Positions 35,263-48,160 of a stretch of 64,000 nt of DNA are shown piece after piece. This DNA is from Malacoraja senta (lineage: Eukaryota). The notes below the pieces were generated by a model, which made no database searches, was not told the DNA's origin, and worked only from the letters and a program-made list of their open reading frames with translations. The stretch spans positions 11,658,001 to 11,722,000 of the forward strand of contig CM075993.1 in NCBI GenBank assembly GCA_038087875.1. Direction: 5' to 3'. Within the stretch, counting starts at the first letter, position 1; each line of letters starts with the position of its first letter. The position numbers and the translations under genes are program-made.

Positions 35263-36569
35263 TTTAGACCTCCCGGTCCTTCTCACCGGCTCTTTGTCCA
35301 GCGCCCCCCCCCCCGCCGTCACTGACTCCCTGCGCCTCCTCAATGGCTCCTGGTCTTCGGGGGCGGGTAGGGGCCCGGCTCGGTGGCTTCCCACCCCCCC
35401 CCGGTCCGCAGCAGCCTAAGTTGACCTTCGCTCGCAGGGTCTGTCTGCGGCGTGCAGTTCACCGGGACTTTGAACAGAGTCGGGATGGGGGTGGCGAGGG
35501 TGGAGTGATTGTGTGGGCAGTAGAGTGCAGTTGGAGGGATTGCCCACTACAGTGATGAGATCAGGATGAGCAGAGAGTTTGGGGGGAAGGGGAAGGCAAG
35601 TTACTGAGATGGGAGATGCTCAGGCAAGTTGGTGGGAAGGATTAAGGATTGATAATAGACAATAGACCAAAGGTGCAGGAGTAGGCCATTTGGCCATTCG
35701 AGCCATTCACTGTGATCACGGCTGATCATCCACATTCAGTACCCCATTCCTGCCTTCTCACCATATCCCCTGACTCCGCTATCTTTAAGAGCTCTATCTA
35801 ACTCTCTCTTGAAAGCATCCAGAGAATCGGCCTCCACTTCATTCTGAGGCAGAGAATTCCACAGATTCACAACTCTGGGTGAGAAGGTTTTTCCTCATCT
35901 CCGTTGTAAATGATCAGAAAGCAGGCTGTGGCTACATTGGCTTCCAGCCTTAAGAGTTGACTCTAGATTTCAGAGATATAGTGCAGAAACAGGTCCTTCG
36001 GCCCACCGAGTCCGCACCAACCAGCGACAACCAGCGACTTCACTCTAAATTCACTCTAAACTCCCTTCATTCCCTTGCCCTAAATTGTGGCTCGCTCTTT
36101 GCATCCGACCGATCATCTTCCACTCTACTTTAATAACCTTAATAACTTTCATTTGATAATTAAACTTGGTCAATTAACTTTTTTAACCAACTGCATAGAA
36201 CATAGAACAGCAGAGGAACAGGCCCTTTGGCCCACACTGTCCATGCCGGATATGATTCCAAGTTAAACTGCTGTCCTCTGCCTCCACATCCCAATCAAGG
36301 GGAAAGCAGGAATGGGGATGGAGAACCAGAGAGGACCAGGCAGCAGATGTGGAGCCACCACTGTGGCCTGAGGAGTTAGTTCCTGTCATACTGCAGCAGA
36401 GAGTGTTACAGAAAGTCAGAATGAAGAACATGCAGATTCTGCGGGAGAGGTTGGACAAACTTCCATTGTTTTCTCTGGAACGTCAGAGACTGAGGGAAGA
36501 CCTGATAGAAGTATATAAAAGTACAAGAAACACACACAGTCAAAGATTAGAAGGCATAGCTTTAAATTC

Positions 36570-36915
36570 ATGTTCATATCTAGGAGCAGTTTAGGCCATT
36601 CGGCCCATCAAGTCTCTGCCATTCAATCATGGCTGATCTATCTCTCCCTCAACTCCATTCTCCTGCCTTCTCCCCATAACCCCTGACACCCGCACTAATC
36701 AAGAATCTATCAACTCTGCCGTCAAAATAAACATTGACGAGCTCCACAGCCTTTTGTGGCAATGAATTCCACAGATTCACCATCCTCTGACTAAAGAAGT
36801 TCCTCCTCATCGCCTTCCTAAAGGAACGGCCTTTTATTCTAAGGCAATGGCATCTGGTCCTTGACTCTCCCACTAGTGGAAACATCCTCTCCACATCCAC
36901 TCTATCCAGGCCTTT
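36570..36915 (-). mobile_element. CR1 LINE 3' fragment
   Basis: ORF 36649-37068(-), C-terminal part. Confidence 0.85.
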
Positions 36916-37884
36916 ATAAAGTGAAAGAGGCCCGAGATATGCGGGGCAAGTATTTTTACACAGTGGGTGCCTGGAACACGCTGCCAGGGGTGGTGGTGGA
37001 GGCAGATATGATAGTGGTGTTTTAGAGGCTTTTGGATAGGCCCAAGGATATGCAGGGAATGCAGGCATTTGGATCTTGTGCAGACAAAGGGGATCATTTT
37101 ATCTTAGTATCATATTCAGTACGGACATTGTGGGCCGAAGGGCCTGTTCTTTACCTTGTTCTGTGTAGTTGGTTTAAAAATGCAATTGACAATGTTTAAT
37201 GATCAAGTGATTTAAATCTTATTAAAACACATCACTAATTCATTATAAAAGTGGAGTCTAATTTCACCACATTTTGTTTCCTTCTCATTTGAAAGTTTTG
37301 AATTATGTGCTGACAACTCCATGACATTCCTAAATAACCTAGAAATAGAGACTCTGAGTTCCATGACACCATTATTATTCTCAGAGGAGAGCCACAGGTT
37401 TGTGGATGATTAATACCTAGTGCATGATAAAGGCGAAGCAGGAGAATGCAGTGGAGTGACTGAGCATCCGGGCGTTCCCTCCCAGGTCCCCGATACAGAG
37501 CACACTGTCTTTATAATCCAACTGCAGGCTGTCTCCCATGAAATAAAAGGTCTACCTGCAGTTTCCTCCTGCATTCAAAACCAATGTGGGCTGAAGTGTT
37601 GGGATTTGGGATGTATCCAATCTGGTTGAGATCATGCCTCAAGGGATGCTATTCCTATCACCAGCTGCCTCGGCAAGGCCAGCAGCATAATCAAAGATGT
37701 CGCACCCCTCTTCCCCCCTCTCCCATCGGGCAAAAGAGGTGCAGAAGTGTGAAAACGCACATCTCCACATACAGGGACTGTTTTTACCCAGCAGTGTTGA
37801 ACTACTATTTATCTTATTGGAGACCCTCGGACCATCTTTGATCGGACTTTACTGGCTTTATCTTGCACTAAATAATGAGTGTTG

Positions 37885-38162
37885 TGGGAAACAGGCCCTT
37901 CGGCCCACTGAGTCCGCACCAAGCAGCGATCCCCACACACTAACGCTATCCTACACACACTAGGGACAATTTGCAATTGACAAAAGCCAATTAACCTACA
38001 AACCTGAAGGTCTTTGGAGTGTGGGGGGGAAACCAGAACACCGGAGAAAACTCACGCAGGTCACGGGGAGAATGTACAAACTCCGTACAGACATCACCAG
38101 TGGTCACGATCGAGCCCTGGTCTCTGGCGCTGTGAGGCAGCAACTCCACCTCTGCGCCACCC
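37885..38162 (-). mobile_element. HE1-type SINE
   Basis: Matches the other copies. Confidence 0.85.
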
Positions 38163-38643
38163 ATGGCTGATGAGGCTGAGTCTACACTCTCCAGAGCATG
38201 ATACATTAATGTCCCAAAACATCATCTGCCGACTCACATACGTGGGAAACAATGAAGTGGAGGAGTTTGAATCTGCTTCATTCCTGAACTTTCACCTCCA
38301 GCTTTGTTCAGAGTTTGGATTGATGATAGAAGTTTGTGAGAGACAACATTTCTAATGGTGATAGCTGCGACTGTCTTGTTTATTATTTCATCTTTATTTA
38401 TTGCCCAGTCCATGATAAGATCCTCCTTTTCACGGAAAGAGTTATACAGCATGAAAACAGGCCCTTCGGCCCAACCTGCCCACACCGACCAACATGTCCC
38501 AGCTACACTAGTCCCACCTGCCTGCATTTTGCCCATATCCCTCCAAACCTGTCCTATCCATGTACCTGTCTAACTGTTTCTTCAACGTTGGGATAGTCCC
38601 AGCCTCAACTACTTCCTCTGGCAGCGTGTACCATACACCCACC

Positions 38644-38740
38644 AGTCTGAAGAAGGGTCTCAACCCGAAATGTCACCCATTCCCTCGCTCCAGAGATGCT
38701 GCCTGTCCCGCTGAGTTACTCCAGCATTTTGTGTCTACCC
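38644..38740 (+). mobile_element. Penelope-end fragment with hammerhead motif
   Basis: CTGAAGA-A-GGGT CTCA ACCC-GAAAT-GTC-ACCC. Confidence 0.75.
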
Positions 38741-39409
38741 TGGTAATCCATGTAGGTCAAACGCTGGCTAAATGCGGCTGTAAGCAGAAGGCAGTCAGCT
38801 TGCAGTGTGGGTCAGGACTCGGCCACCATGGAGATCAGTGAGGTGGGAGCACACGGACTCTGTGCCGTCCTCGGGCAGTGTGGAGTTGGCCATCTCTCCC
38901 TTTGACCAGAGGCTGGTCTCCAGCACGGTCGCCAGTTGGTCGTTGATCTCGGTTCCGTCGTGTTCCCGCAGGGGGGGCTGGGGAGGGTCGACCGTGCGTG
39001 GACAGGCCGAGTTAATGCCCAGTCACACCGCACGCAACACACCAGCTTCACAGGACAACTGCTCCAATTGTTGCCTCTCGAAATAAAGACCAAGCCTGGA
39101 GGGAAACAAGGGAGCAGAATTTGGAGCAAAATTCTGCAATTTAGTTGATTTATTGAGAGAGCCTGTAATGTATCATTTTGTCCATAATTGTATGAGAAGG
39201 AAATAAACTGGTGATAATCAACCTGCAATCATGGAGCCCGGGGAACGCACAATGTATGAGCTTTTAATGTGCGGCTGTCTGACTGGAAATAAATCTTGAC
39301 AATAATCAGCCCATGTTGCTGGGGATGGAAGTTCTAACCTCAGCAACACCCCGATCCAGCAGATGCTGCAGTGTATTCATGATGAAAGGACTGGCCTGGA
39401 GGGGGGTGA

Positions 39410-40400
39410 CTCCACTCCCCTTACCTCCTACCTCCACCCCCCCAACACCTATCCCCTCTCCGCCATTCCCCCATACCCAATCCCCAACCCCCACCCACCT
39501 CCCCCTCCCCCCATACACATTCCTGCCTCCCACTACCCCCTATCACTCCACTCTCATCCCCCCTCCCACCCACCCACCTCCCCCTCCAAATCTTGCACCC
39601 ATTCCCCACACCCATCCACCACCCCCTCTCCCATCCATCACTCCCCCCATCCTCCCACATCCACCACCCATCCCACCCCACCCACCCATATCCTCCACCC
39701 CCTCCCATCACCACCACCACCATCCCCCAGCCTTCCCCTGAACCCCACCTCGCCACCCACCTCCCCCACCCGTACCCCCACCACCACCTCCTCCCATCAC
39801 CCCACGCATCAGCCCCTCCCAACCCCCACACACGCCCCCCCCCCCCACCCACCACCCCGCCACACTGTTCCCAAACACCGCACCCGTTTCTCCTCCCCCC
39901 ACCCATCAGCCCGCAAACCCACCCCAATCCCAGCACCACCTCCCACCACCCCATCACACCCTTCCTGCACCTCCCACCACTCTCTCCCCTCCCATTCCCC
40001 CACCCATCACCCCACTCCCAATCCAACACCCATTCCCACCAGCCGACTCCCATCATCTGCCCCTGACTCTCAGTCTGAAGAAAGGTCTTAACCTGAAACG
40101 CCACCTATTCCTTCACTCCAGAGATACTGCCTGACCCACCGAGTTACTCCATCTTTGGTTTAAACCTGCATCTCCAGTTCCTTCCTGCTCTTCACACCTG
40201 ACCTCCCATCACCTCCAACACGTCCTTCCTACCACCACCCCCTCCCATCACCCTCTCCGATCACTCCCCTCCCTGTCCCTCACACCCATTCCCCCTCCCC
40301 ATCAGCCCATGCCCAACACCCAAACCCTCATTCCCCCTTCCACCACCCCTCATACCACCCACACCCACCAACCCTCCCACCACCCACGCCCTCCCATCAC
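39410..40400 (+). repeat. C-rich low-complexity tract containing a Penelope-end piece (about 40060-40190)
   Basis: Dense C runs; CTGAAGA-A-AGGT CTTA ACCT-GAAAC starting at 40075. Confidence 0.9.
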
Positions 40401-42145
40401 CAGGCACCAAGCGTCTCATGTTGAAGAAGGTGCATTGAAGATGTCAAAGGTGGAAACGGTAATTATCAGAGAAAATGTAAAAATATATGAGATTAATGAG
40501 AAAATAACAATACAAGTTGTAATGAAAACGCTGAGGCTTATCTAGCTTCCTGAGCAAGATTACTAACGCTTCCACATCAGTGAAAATCTTTGCCTTAGAA
40601 CAACCTGGGAATCTCATTTTTTCCATTTTCAATTACTCCAAAGACGTACAGGTTTGTAGGTTAATTGGCTTGGTGTATGTGTCAATTGTCCCTAGTGTGT
40701 GTAGGATAGTGTTAATGTGCGGACTCAGTGCGAAGGGCCTGTATCTCTAAACTAAACTCAACTAAACTCAACTAAACTAATTGACCCAAATTTCAGAACG
40801 TTTCCAAGGAGAGTTTCAGCTTCCCGCCTCTTCCTTTGTTTCCGTTCAGCTTTGAACCCTCAATAACTCTGGCACTGTGTGGTTGGGGGAGATGGGAGTG
40901 ATGCAATGCAAGAGGACTGGCCACATGCGTGGCACGATGGGGCAACGTTGATGTGAGAGGAAACCGGAGCACAAGGAGGAAACCCACAGGGAGAACATGC
41001 AAACTCCACACAGACAGCACCCAAGGGCAGGATTGAACCCAGGTCTCTGGCACTGTGAGGCAGCGGTTCTACCAGCTGTGCCACTGTGCCACCCCGTCTC
41101 TGCAAGACGTTCCTCCCCACATTAGTCTGAGTTTCTCCGTTTGCAAAACTTGGGTGTTAGCTGCAGGTCAGAGCGTAGAGCTTCTGAAGCACCAGGGTAT
41201 GTTTCACTATGGATAGCCAGTGTTTTACTGAGGGAGTGCTGCAAATGGCCAAGTGCTATCTCCGTTGAGATGTTAAATAGAAGCTCCCTATGGTCCAGCT
41301 GAAGGTAAAAGCATCAGTCGGGAATAGGACACATGTTTTCCATAGAAACATAGACAATAGGTGCAGGAGTAGGCCATTCGGCCCTTCAAGCCAACACCAC
41401 CATTCAATATGATCATAACTGATCATCCAGAATCAGTCTGCGGAATTCTCTGCCTCAGAGGGCGGTGGAGGCGGATTCTCTGGATGCTTTTAAGAGAGAA
41501 CTAGATAGGGCTCTTAAAGATAGCGGAGTCAGGGGATATGGGGAGAAGGCAGGAACGGGGTACTGATGGGGGGTGATCAGTCATGATCACATTGAATGGC
41601 GGTGCTGGCTCAAAGGGCCGAATGGCCTACTCCTGCACCTATTGTCTATTGTCAGTATTGTCAGTACTGCTTTCTCCCCATATCCCTTGATTCCATTAGC
41701 CCTAAGAGTTAAATCTAATTCTCTCTTGAAAACATCCAGTGAATTGGCCTCCACTGCCTTCTGTGGCAGAGAATTCCACAGATTCACAACTCACTACTTG
41801 AAAAAGCTTTTCCTCACCTCAGTCCTAAATGGCCTACCCCTTATTCTTAAACTATGACCCTGGTTCTGGACTCCCCCAACATCGGGAACATGTTTCCTGC
41901 ATCCAGCCTGTCCAATCCTTTAAGAATTGTATATGTTTCTTTAAGATACCTTCTCATCCTTCTAAATTGTCACAGGATGGCAGGACTGACTCCACAGGTC
42001 AGTCCCGCCATCCTGGTTAACCTGGTGAACTCGCTCCTCTAACTAGGAGACTAAAACTGCACACAATTCTCCAGGTGCGGTCTCACCAGGCCCCTGTACA
42101 ACTGCAGTAGGACCTCCTTACTCCTATATTCAAATCCTCTTGCTA

Positions 42146-42775
42146 AAGTAAAAGTAGAAAGTAGAAAGTATCTTTTATTGTCATTCAAACTTGTTGGTTT
42201 GAACGAAATTGCGTACCTTGCAGTCATGACAGAGAATAAAATAACAGAACACACACTTAAACAGTTTAACATCCACCACAGTGAATCTACCAGGAACCTC
42301 CTCACTGTGATGGAAGGCAAAAAGTCTTAAAGTCCTTGTCTCTTCCTTCCTTGTTCTCCCTCTGCGTTGAGCGATCCAAGCTTCCGATGTTGTGACCTCC
42401 TGGTAGGTGATGGTAAGTCCCACGGTCGAATCCGAGCTCCGCGAACGGGCCGGTTCAAACTCCGCGGCCCGGGGCGGTCGAAACTGCCGCCCTCCATTCC
42501 AGCGGACGAAGCTGTTGTTGCGGGAGCTCCGGAGAACAGGTCACCAACCTGGGACCTGCGAGCTCCCGATGTTGTCGTCCACTGGGCCCGCGGCCGAAGC
42601 CTCTGAGGCTCCGAAGTCGGGCCGCCGCCGGCGCAGCGCCACCACAGCCCCGAAGTCGGCCAGCCCCGCGATGGTGAGTCCTGGCTCTGCCTTCGGAGCC
42701 TCGAGGTCGGTCCCAGTTGGAGGCCCCCAGCTCCGCGATTAGGCCTCAGCGCAGACGGAGACGGAGACGGAGACG
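42146..42775 (-). mobile_element. 5'-truncated GC-rich retroposon
   Basis: Colinear with 22790-23420; tail is a CTACTTT-like repeat. Confidence 0.85.
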
Positions 42776-42789
42776 GCCAACATGCCATT

Positions 42790-43641
42790 TGCTGCCTGGC
42801 CAAGTCACGGCACCAGGTGGAAGAAAGCTCTGCCCGAGCCGGCTGCCTGCCCTTTTTCCAGGGTTACGTCCGCGCCCGGGTGGTGTTAGAGAGGGACTAC
42901 ATGCTGTCCACGGGCGCCCTAGAGGATTTCCGGGGCCGATGGGCATCACGGGGGGTTGAATCTGAGGAAGGACATTATAGCCATAGAGGGAGTGCAGAGA
43001 AGGTTCACCAGACTGATTCCTGGGATGTCAGGACTTTCATATGAAGAAAGACTGGATAGACTTGGCTTATACTCGCTAGAATTTAGGAGATTGAGAGGGG
43101 ATCTTATAGAAACTTACAAAATTCTTATGGGGTTGGAGAGGCTAGATGCAGCAAGATTGTTCCCGATGTTGGGGAAGTCCAGGACAAGGGGTCACAGCTT
43201 AAGGATAAGGGGGAAATCCTTTAAGACCGAGATGAGGAAAAACTTTTTCACACAGAGAGTGGTGAATCTCTGGAACTATCTGCCACAGAGGGTAGTTGAG
43301 GCCAGTTCATTGGCTATATTTAAGAGGGAGTTAGATGCGGCCCTTGTGGCTAAGGGGATCAGGGGATATGGAGAGAAGGCCGGTACAGCATACTGAGTTG
43401 GATGATCAGCCATGATCATATTGAATGGCGGTGCAGGCTCGAAGGGCCGAATGGCCTACTCCTGCACCTATTTTCTATGTATCTATGTATCTATGAATGT
43501 ATCTTTGACAAGGATTGTAACATAGTTGTATAGTAGTTTATCTAGTATATTTGTTTGTCGTATTATGCTGGCGGGTTCTGTTTTATTTTATTATATTGTA
43601 AATATTATTTTTAATAATTGAATAATATTTTTGATTAAAAA
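42790..43641 (+). mobile_element. Tx1-like LINE 3' fragment with 11-bp TSD, interrupted by CR1
   Basis: CLPFFQGYVRARVVLERDY...FRGRWASRGVE|CIFDKD; A tail; AACATGCCATT at 42779-42789 and 43642-43652. Confidence 0.75.
42962..43494 (+). mobile_element. CR1 LINE 3' fragment nested in the Tx1-like element
   Basis: ORF 42956-43396; (TCTATGTA)n tail; GAAT on both flanks. Confidence 0.92.
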
Positions 43642-44454
43642 AACATGCCATTGGCTCTCTTCACTGCCTGCTGTACCTGCATGCTTACTTTCAGTGATGG
43701 ATGTACTGATGTTTTCACAAGTGATCAAGGAATATACTTTATCTTGAGACCTATTTCACCCAACCAATTAACTACTCGTTATCCTACAGCTGCTTATAAA
43801 TGGGTTACAACACGCTTATTTGTTATTATTGTTTTTTTGGGGGTTATTTGGCATGGTTGCCTTCGTTGGAAAAGGTATTGTGTACCAAGGTTAGGACATC
43901 ATGCTACTGCTGAGACAACACTACATAAGTTCATTAGTGGTAGGTGCAGAATTAGGCCATTCGGCCCATCCACTGCCATTCAATCATGGATTATCTATCT
44001 TTCCCTCTCAACTACATTCTCCTGCCTTCTCCCCAGAACCCCAGACACCCATACTAATCAAGAATCTGTCATTATCCACCTCCACAAGGTGTCTTGGCCT
44101 CCACACCTGTCTGTGGCAATGAATTCCATAGATTCACCACCCTCATAAAGAAATTCCTCCTCATCTCCTTTCTACTGGTATGTCCTTTTATTCTGAGACT
44201 GTGCCCTCTGGTCCGAGACTCTCCCACTAGTGGAAACAGCCTCTCCATGTTCAATCTATCCAGGCCTTTCACTATTTGCTACACTTGGAGTACTGTGTGC
44301 AGGGCTGCTTGCCCAGCCACAGGAAGGCCATAGTTAAGTTGGAAAGGGTGCAGAAGGGATTCACCGGGACGATTTGTGGGCTTGAGATACAGGGAGAGGT
44401 TGGATAGGCTGGGACCTTTCCTTTGGAGCCTGAGGGGGTGACTTTATGTGGAGT

Positions 44455-44735
44455 TTGGAGGCACAGCATAGAAAGAGGCCCTTCAGCCCCCCAGTCCACG
44501 CCGACAATCGATCATCTGTAGGCACTAATCCAATGTTATCCCACTTTCCCATCCACTCCCTGCACACTAGGGGCAATTTACAGAGGGTCAATTAACCTAC
44601 CTCATTGGAGTGTGAGAAAAAACCAGAGCACCAGAAGGAAACCCACGTGGTCAAAGGGAGAACGTGCAAACTCCACACAGACAGCACCCTTGGTCAGGAT
44701 CAAATCTGGGTCTCTACCTGCACCACTGTGCCGCC
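44455..44735 (-). mobile_element. HE1-type SINE (diverged)
   Basis: Similar to 16786-17065. Confidence 0.7.
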
Positions 44736-44944
44736 TTATTGAGTTGTACATGGACAGGATGTCTCACAGTCTTTTTCCCAGGGTTGAAGATTCTAAAAAC
44801 AGAGTGCACGGGCTTCAGGTGAGAGGGGAGAGATTTTAGAGGGATCTCAGGGGCAACATTTTCACTCAGAGGGTAGTCTGTATGTGGAATGAGCTGCCAG
44901 AGGAAACTGTAGAAGAGATTACAATTATGACTTTAAAAGACATT

Positions 44945-46922
44945 CGGAAAAAGAGAGAGATCTACAATAATTATAGGCAGCATGGAGTAAATGAGGTGCT
45001 TGAGGAGTATAAAGAATGTAATAATAATCTTAAGAAAGAAATTAGAAAAGCTAAAAGAAGATATGAGGTTGCTTTGGCAAGTAAGGTGAAAGTAAATCCA
45101 AAGGGTTTCTACAGCTATATTAATAGCAAAAGGATAATGAGGGATAAAATTGGTCCATTAGAGAGTCAGAGTGGACAGCTATCTGCAGAGCCAAAAGAGA
45201 TGGGGGAGATATTGAACAATTTCTTTTCTTCGGTATTCACCAAGGAGAAGGATATGGAATTATGTGAGGTAAGGGAAACAAGCAGAGTAGCTATGGAAAC
45301 TATGAGATTCAAAGAAGAGGAAGTACTGATACTTTCGAAAAATATAAAAGTGGATATCCAGGTCCTGACAGGATATTCCCTAGGACATTGAGGGAAGTTA
45401 GTGTAGAAATAGCAGGGGCTATGACAGAAATATTTCAAATGTCATTAGAAACGGGAATAGTGCCAGAGGATTGGCGTACTGCGCATGTTGTTCCATTGTT
45501 TAAAAAGGGTTCTAAGAGTAAACCTAGCAATTCTAGACCTGTTAGTTTGACGTCAGTGGTGGGCAAATTAATGGAAAGGATACTTAGAGATAATATATAT
45601 AATCATCTGGATAAACAGGGTCTGATTAGGAACAGTCAACATGGATTTGTGCCAGGAAGGTCATGTTTGACTAATCTTCTTGAATTTTTTGAAGCGGTTA
45701 CTAGGGAAATTGATGAGGGTAAAGCGGTGGATGTTGTCTATATGGACTTCAGTAAGGCCTTTGACAAGGTTCCACATGGAAGGTTGGTTAAGAAGGTTCA
45801 ATTGTTGGGTATTAATATTGGAGTAGCAAGATGGATTCAACAGTGGCTGAATGGGAGATACCAGAGAGTAATGGTGGATGGCTGTTTGTCAGGTTGGAGG
45901 CCGGTGACTAGTGGGGTGCCTCAGGGATCTGTGTTGGGTCCACTGTTGTTTGTCATGTACATAAATGATCTGGATGATGGTGTGGAAAATTGGATTAGTA
46001 AGTATGCAGATGATACTAAGATAGGTGGTGTTGTGGATAATGAAGTAGATTTTCAAAGTCCACAGAGAGATTTAGGCCATTTGGAAGAGTGGGCTGAAAG
46101 ATGGCAGATGGAGTTTAATGCTGATAAATGTGAGGTACTACATCTCGGCAGGACAAATCAAAATAGGACGTACATGGTAAATGGTAGCGAATTGAGGAAT
46201 GCAGTTGAACAGAGGGATCTAGGAATAACTGCGCATAGTTCCCTGAAGGTGGAATCTCGTGTAGATAGGGTGGTAAAGAAAGCTTTTGGTGTGCTGGCCT
46301 TTATAAATCAGAGCATTGAGTATAGAAGTTGGGATGTAATGTTAAAATTGTACAAGGCATTGGTGAGGCCAATTCTGGAATATGGTGTACAATTCTGGTT
46401 GCCAAATTATAGGAAAGATGTCAACAAAATAGAGAGAGTATGGAGGAGATTTACTAGAATGTTGCCTGGGTTTCAGCAACTAAGTTCCAGAGAAAGGTTG
46501 AACAAGATAGGTCTTTATTCTTTGGAGTGCAGAAGGTTAAGGGGGGACTTGATAGAGGTCTTTAAAATTATGAGAGGGATAGACAGAGTGGACGTGGATA
46601 AGCTTTTTCCATTGAGAGTAGGGAAGATTCAAACAAGAGGACATGACTTGAAAATTAAGGGACAGAAGTTTAGGGGTAACATGAGGGGGAACTTCTTTAC
46701 TCAGAGAGTGGTGGCTGTGTGGAATGAGCTTCCAGAGGAAGTGGTGGAGGCAGGTTCGTTTTTATCATTTAAAAATAAATTGGATAGTTATATGGACGGG
46801 AAAGGAATGGAGGGTTATGGTCTGAGTGCAGGTAGATGGGACTAGGTGAGAATAAGTGTTCGGCATGGACTAGAAGGGTCGAGATGGCCTGTTTCCGTGC
46901 TGTAATTGTTATATGGTTATAT
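44945..46922 (+). mobile_element. 5'-truncated CR1/HER1 LINE with RT domain, frameshift near 45355
   Basis: ORFs 44882-45391 and 45388-46845: [37 protein letters not shown]; (GGTTATAT)n tail. Confidence 0.96.
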
Positions 46923-47199
46923 GACAGATATATGGATCGGAAGGGTTTGGAGGGTTATGGACCCAAATGCAGACAAATGGGACAGTCCAGTATGTCAACT
47001 AGATTAGAATGAATAAGACAGGCCGAAGGGCCTGGTGCCCTGCCGTATATGTCTGTGACACTATCTGCTCCATTGGCGGTAAAGCTATGTGGATAATCCC
47101 AGAGGCAGGATAGTTGTCCAAGTAATGGCAGTTGCAGAGAAATATCCAGCTGATCGTGGCCAAAAACGCTGTCTTTACCTGACCCAACTCATGGCTCGA

Positions 47200-47785
47200 T
47201 AAGATACGATACGATAGAACTTTATTCATCGCCGGAGGGAAATTGGTCTGCTAACACAACATAACACACAACAATGTACACGAAAACTTGAAATTAAAAT
47301 TAAATTAAAAGTGAAAAGCAAAAGACTAGCGACTGTTGTCTGGCTGCTGTGTGCACAGCGCCTTCTCCGGAACCAATGAACAAACAAACAAGCAAACGCA
47401 GGCAAAGGATTAAAAACTAGAGTGTCCCCCCCTCCCCCACACCGGGTCCCCCTTTGTTCCCTGCCGCCGAGGCCCCACCACCACCGAGGCCCCACTACCG
47501 TGCAGGCTCCACCACCGCCAAGACCCCACCACCACCGAGGCTCCACCACCGCCAAGACCCCACCACCACCGAGGCCCCACCACTGCCGAGACTCCACCAG
47601 CGGCGAGGCCCCACCACCACCGAGGCTCCACCACCACCAAGGCCCCACCACCGCCAAGGCCCCACCACCGCCAAGGCCCCACCACCACCGAGACTCCACC
47701 ACCACCGAGGCCCCACCACCGCCGAGACTCCACCACCACCGAGGCCCCACCAGCGCCGAGGCCCCACCAGCGCCGAGGCTCCACT
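47200..47785 (-). mobile_element. Non-autonomous retroposon with (TATCG)n tail and an internal tandem array of about 18 bp (47460-47785)
   Basis: Units CCACCACCRCCGAGGCYC; 3' end homologous to 57680-57900. Confidence 0.7.
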
Positions 47786-47871
47786 TGCCCAGTACACGTG
47801 CCCCAATCAAACATTCTTCCCTCAGGGTTTAACACCCTTCCTGGCCGCTGCACCACAAGTTCCTTGAACCA

Positions 47872-48160
47872 AGGTAGTGCAGCGGTAGAGTTGCTGCCTT
47901 ACAGCGCCAGAGACCCGGGTTCGATCCTGACTACGGGTGCTGTCTGTATGGGAGTTTATACGTTCTCCCCAAGATCATGGGTTTTCTCCAAGATCTTCGG
48001 TTTCCTCCCACACTCCAAAGACGTGCAGGTTTGTGGGTTAATTGGCTTGGTGTAAATGTAAATTGTCCCTAGTGTGTGTGTGATAGTGCTAGTGTGTGGG
48101 GATCGCTGGTCGGTGCCGTAGGACCTGTTTCCACGCTGTATCTCTAAACTAAACTAAACA
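47872..48160 (+). mobile_element. HE1-type SINE
   Basis: B-box GGTTCGATCC, V-domain, (CTAAA)n. Confidence 0.88.

Larger units (their letters stand above)
41670..43710 (-). mobile_element. CR1 fragment hosting nested insertions
   Basis: Minus-strand [25 protein letters not shown] at 42051-42145 continues at 43644 onward. Confidence 0.8.

Noticed and set aside
38805..39040. GC-rich segment with a short open minus-strand frame
   Set aside because: No recognisable domain or splice support; probably a TE remnant, but it cannot be assigned.
39313..40104. Pro/His-rich extensin-like ORFs
   Set aside because: Low-complexity C-rich DNA lacks stop codons by composition and includes a Penelope fragment.
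47410..47867. Repetitive ORFs and a CRISPR-like periodicity
   Set aside because: This is a tandem array without unique spacers, in eukaryotic TE context, and it is open in all frames.
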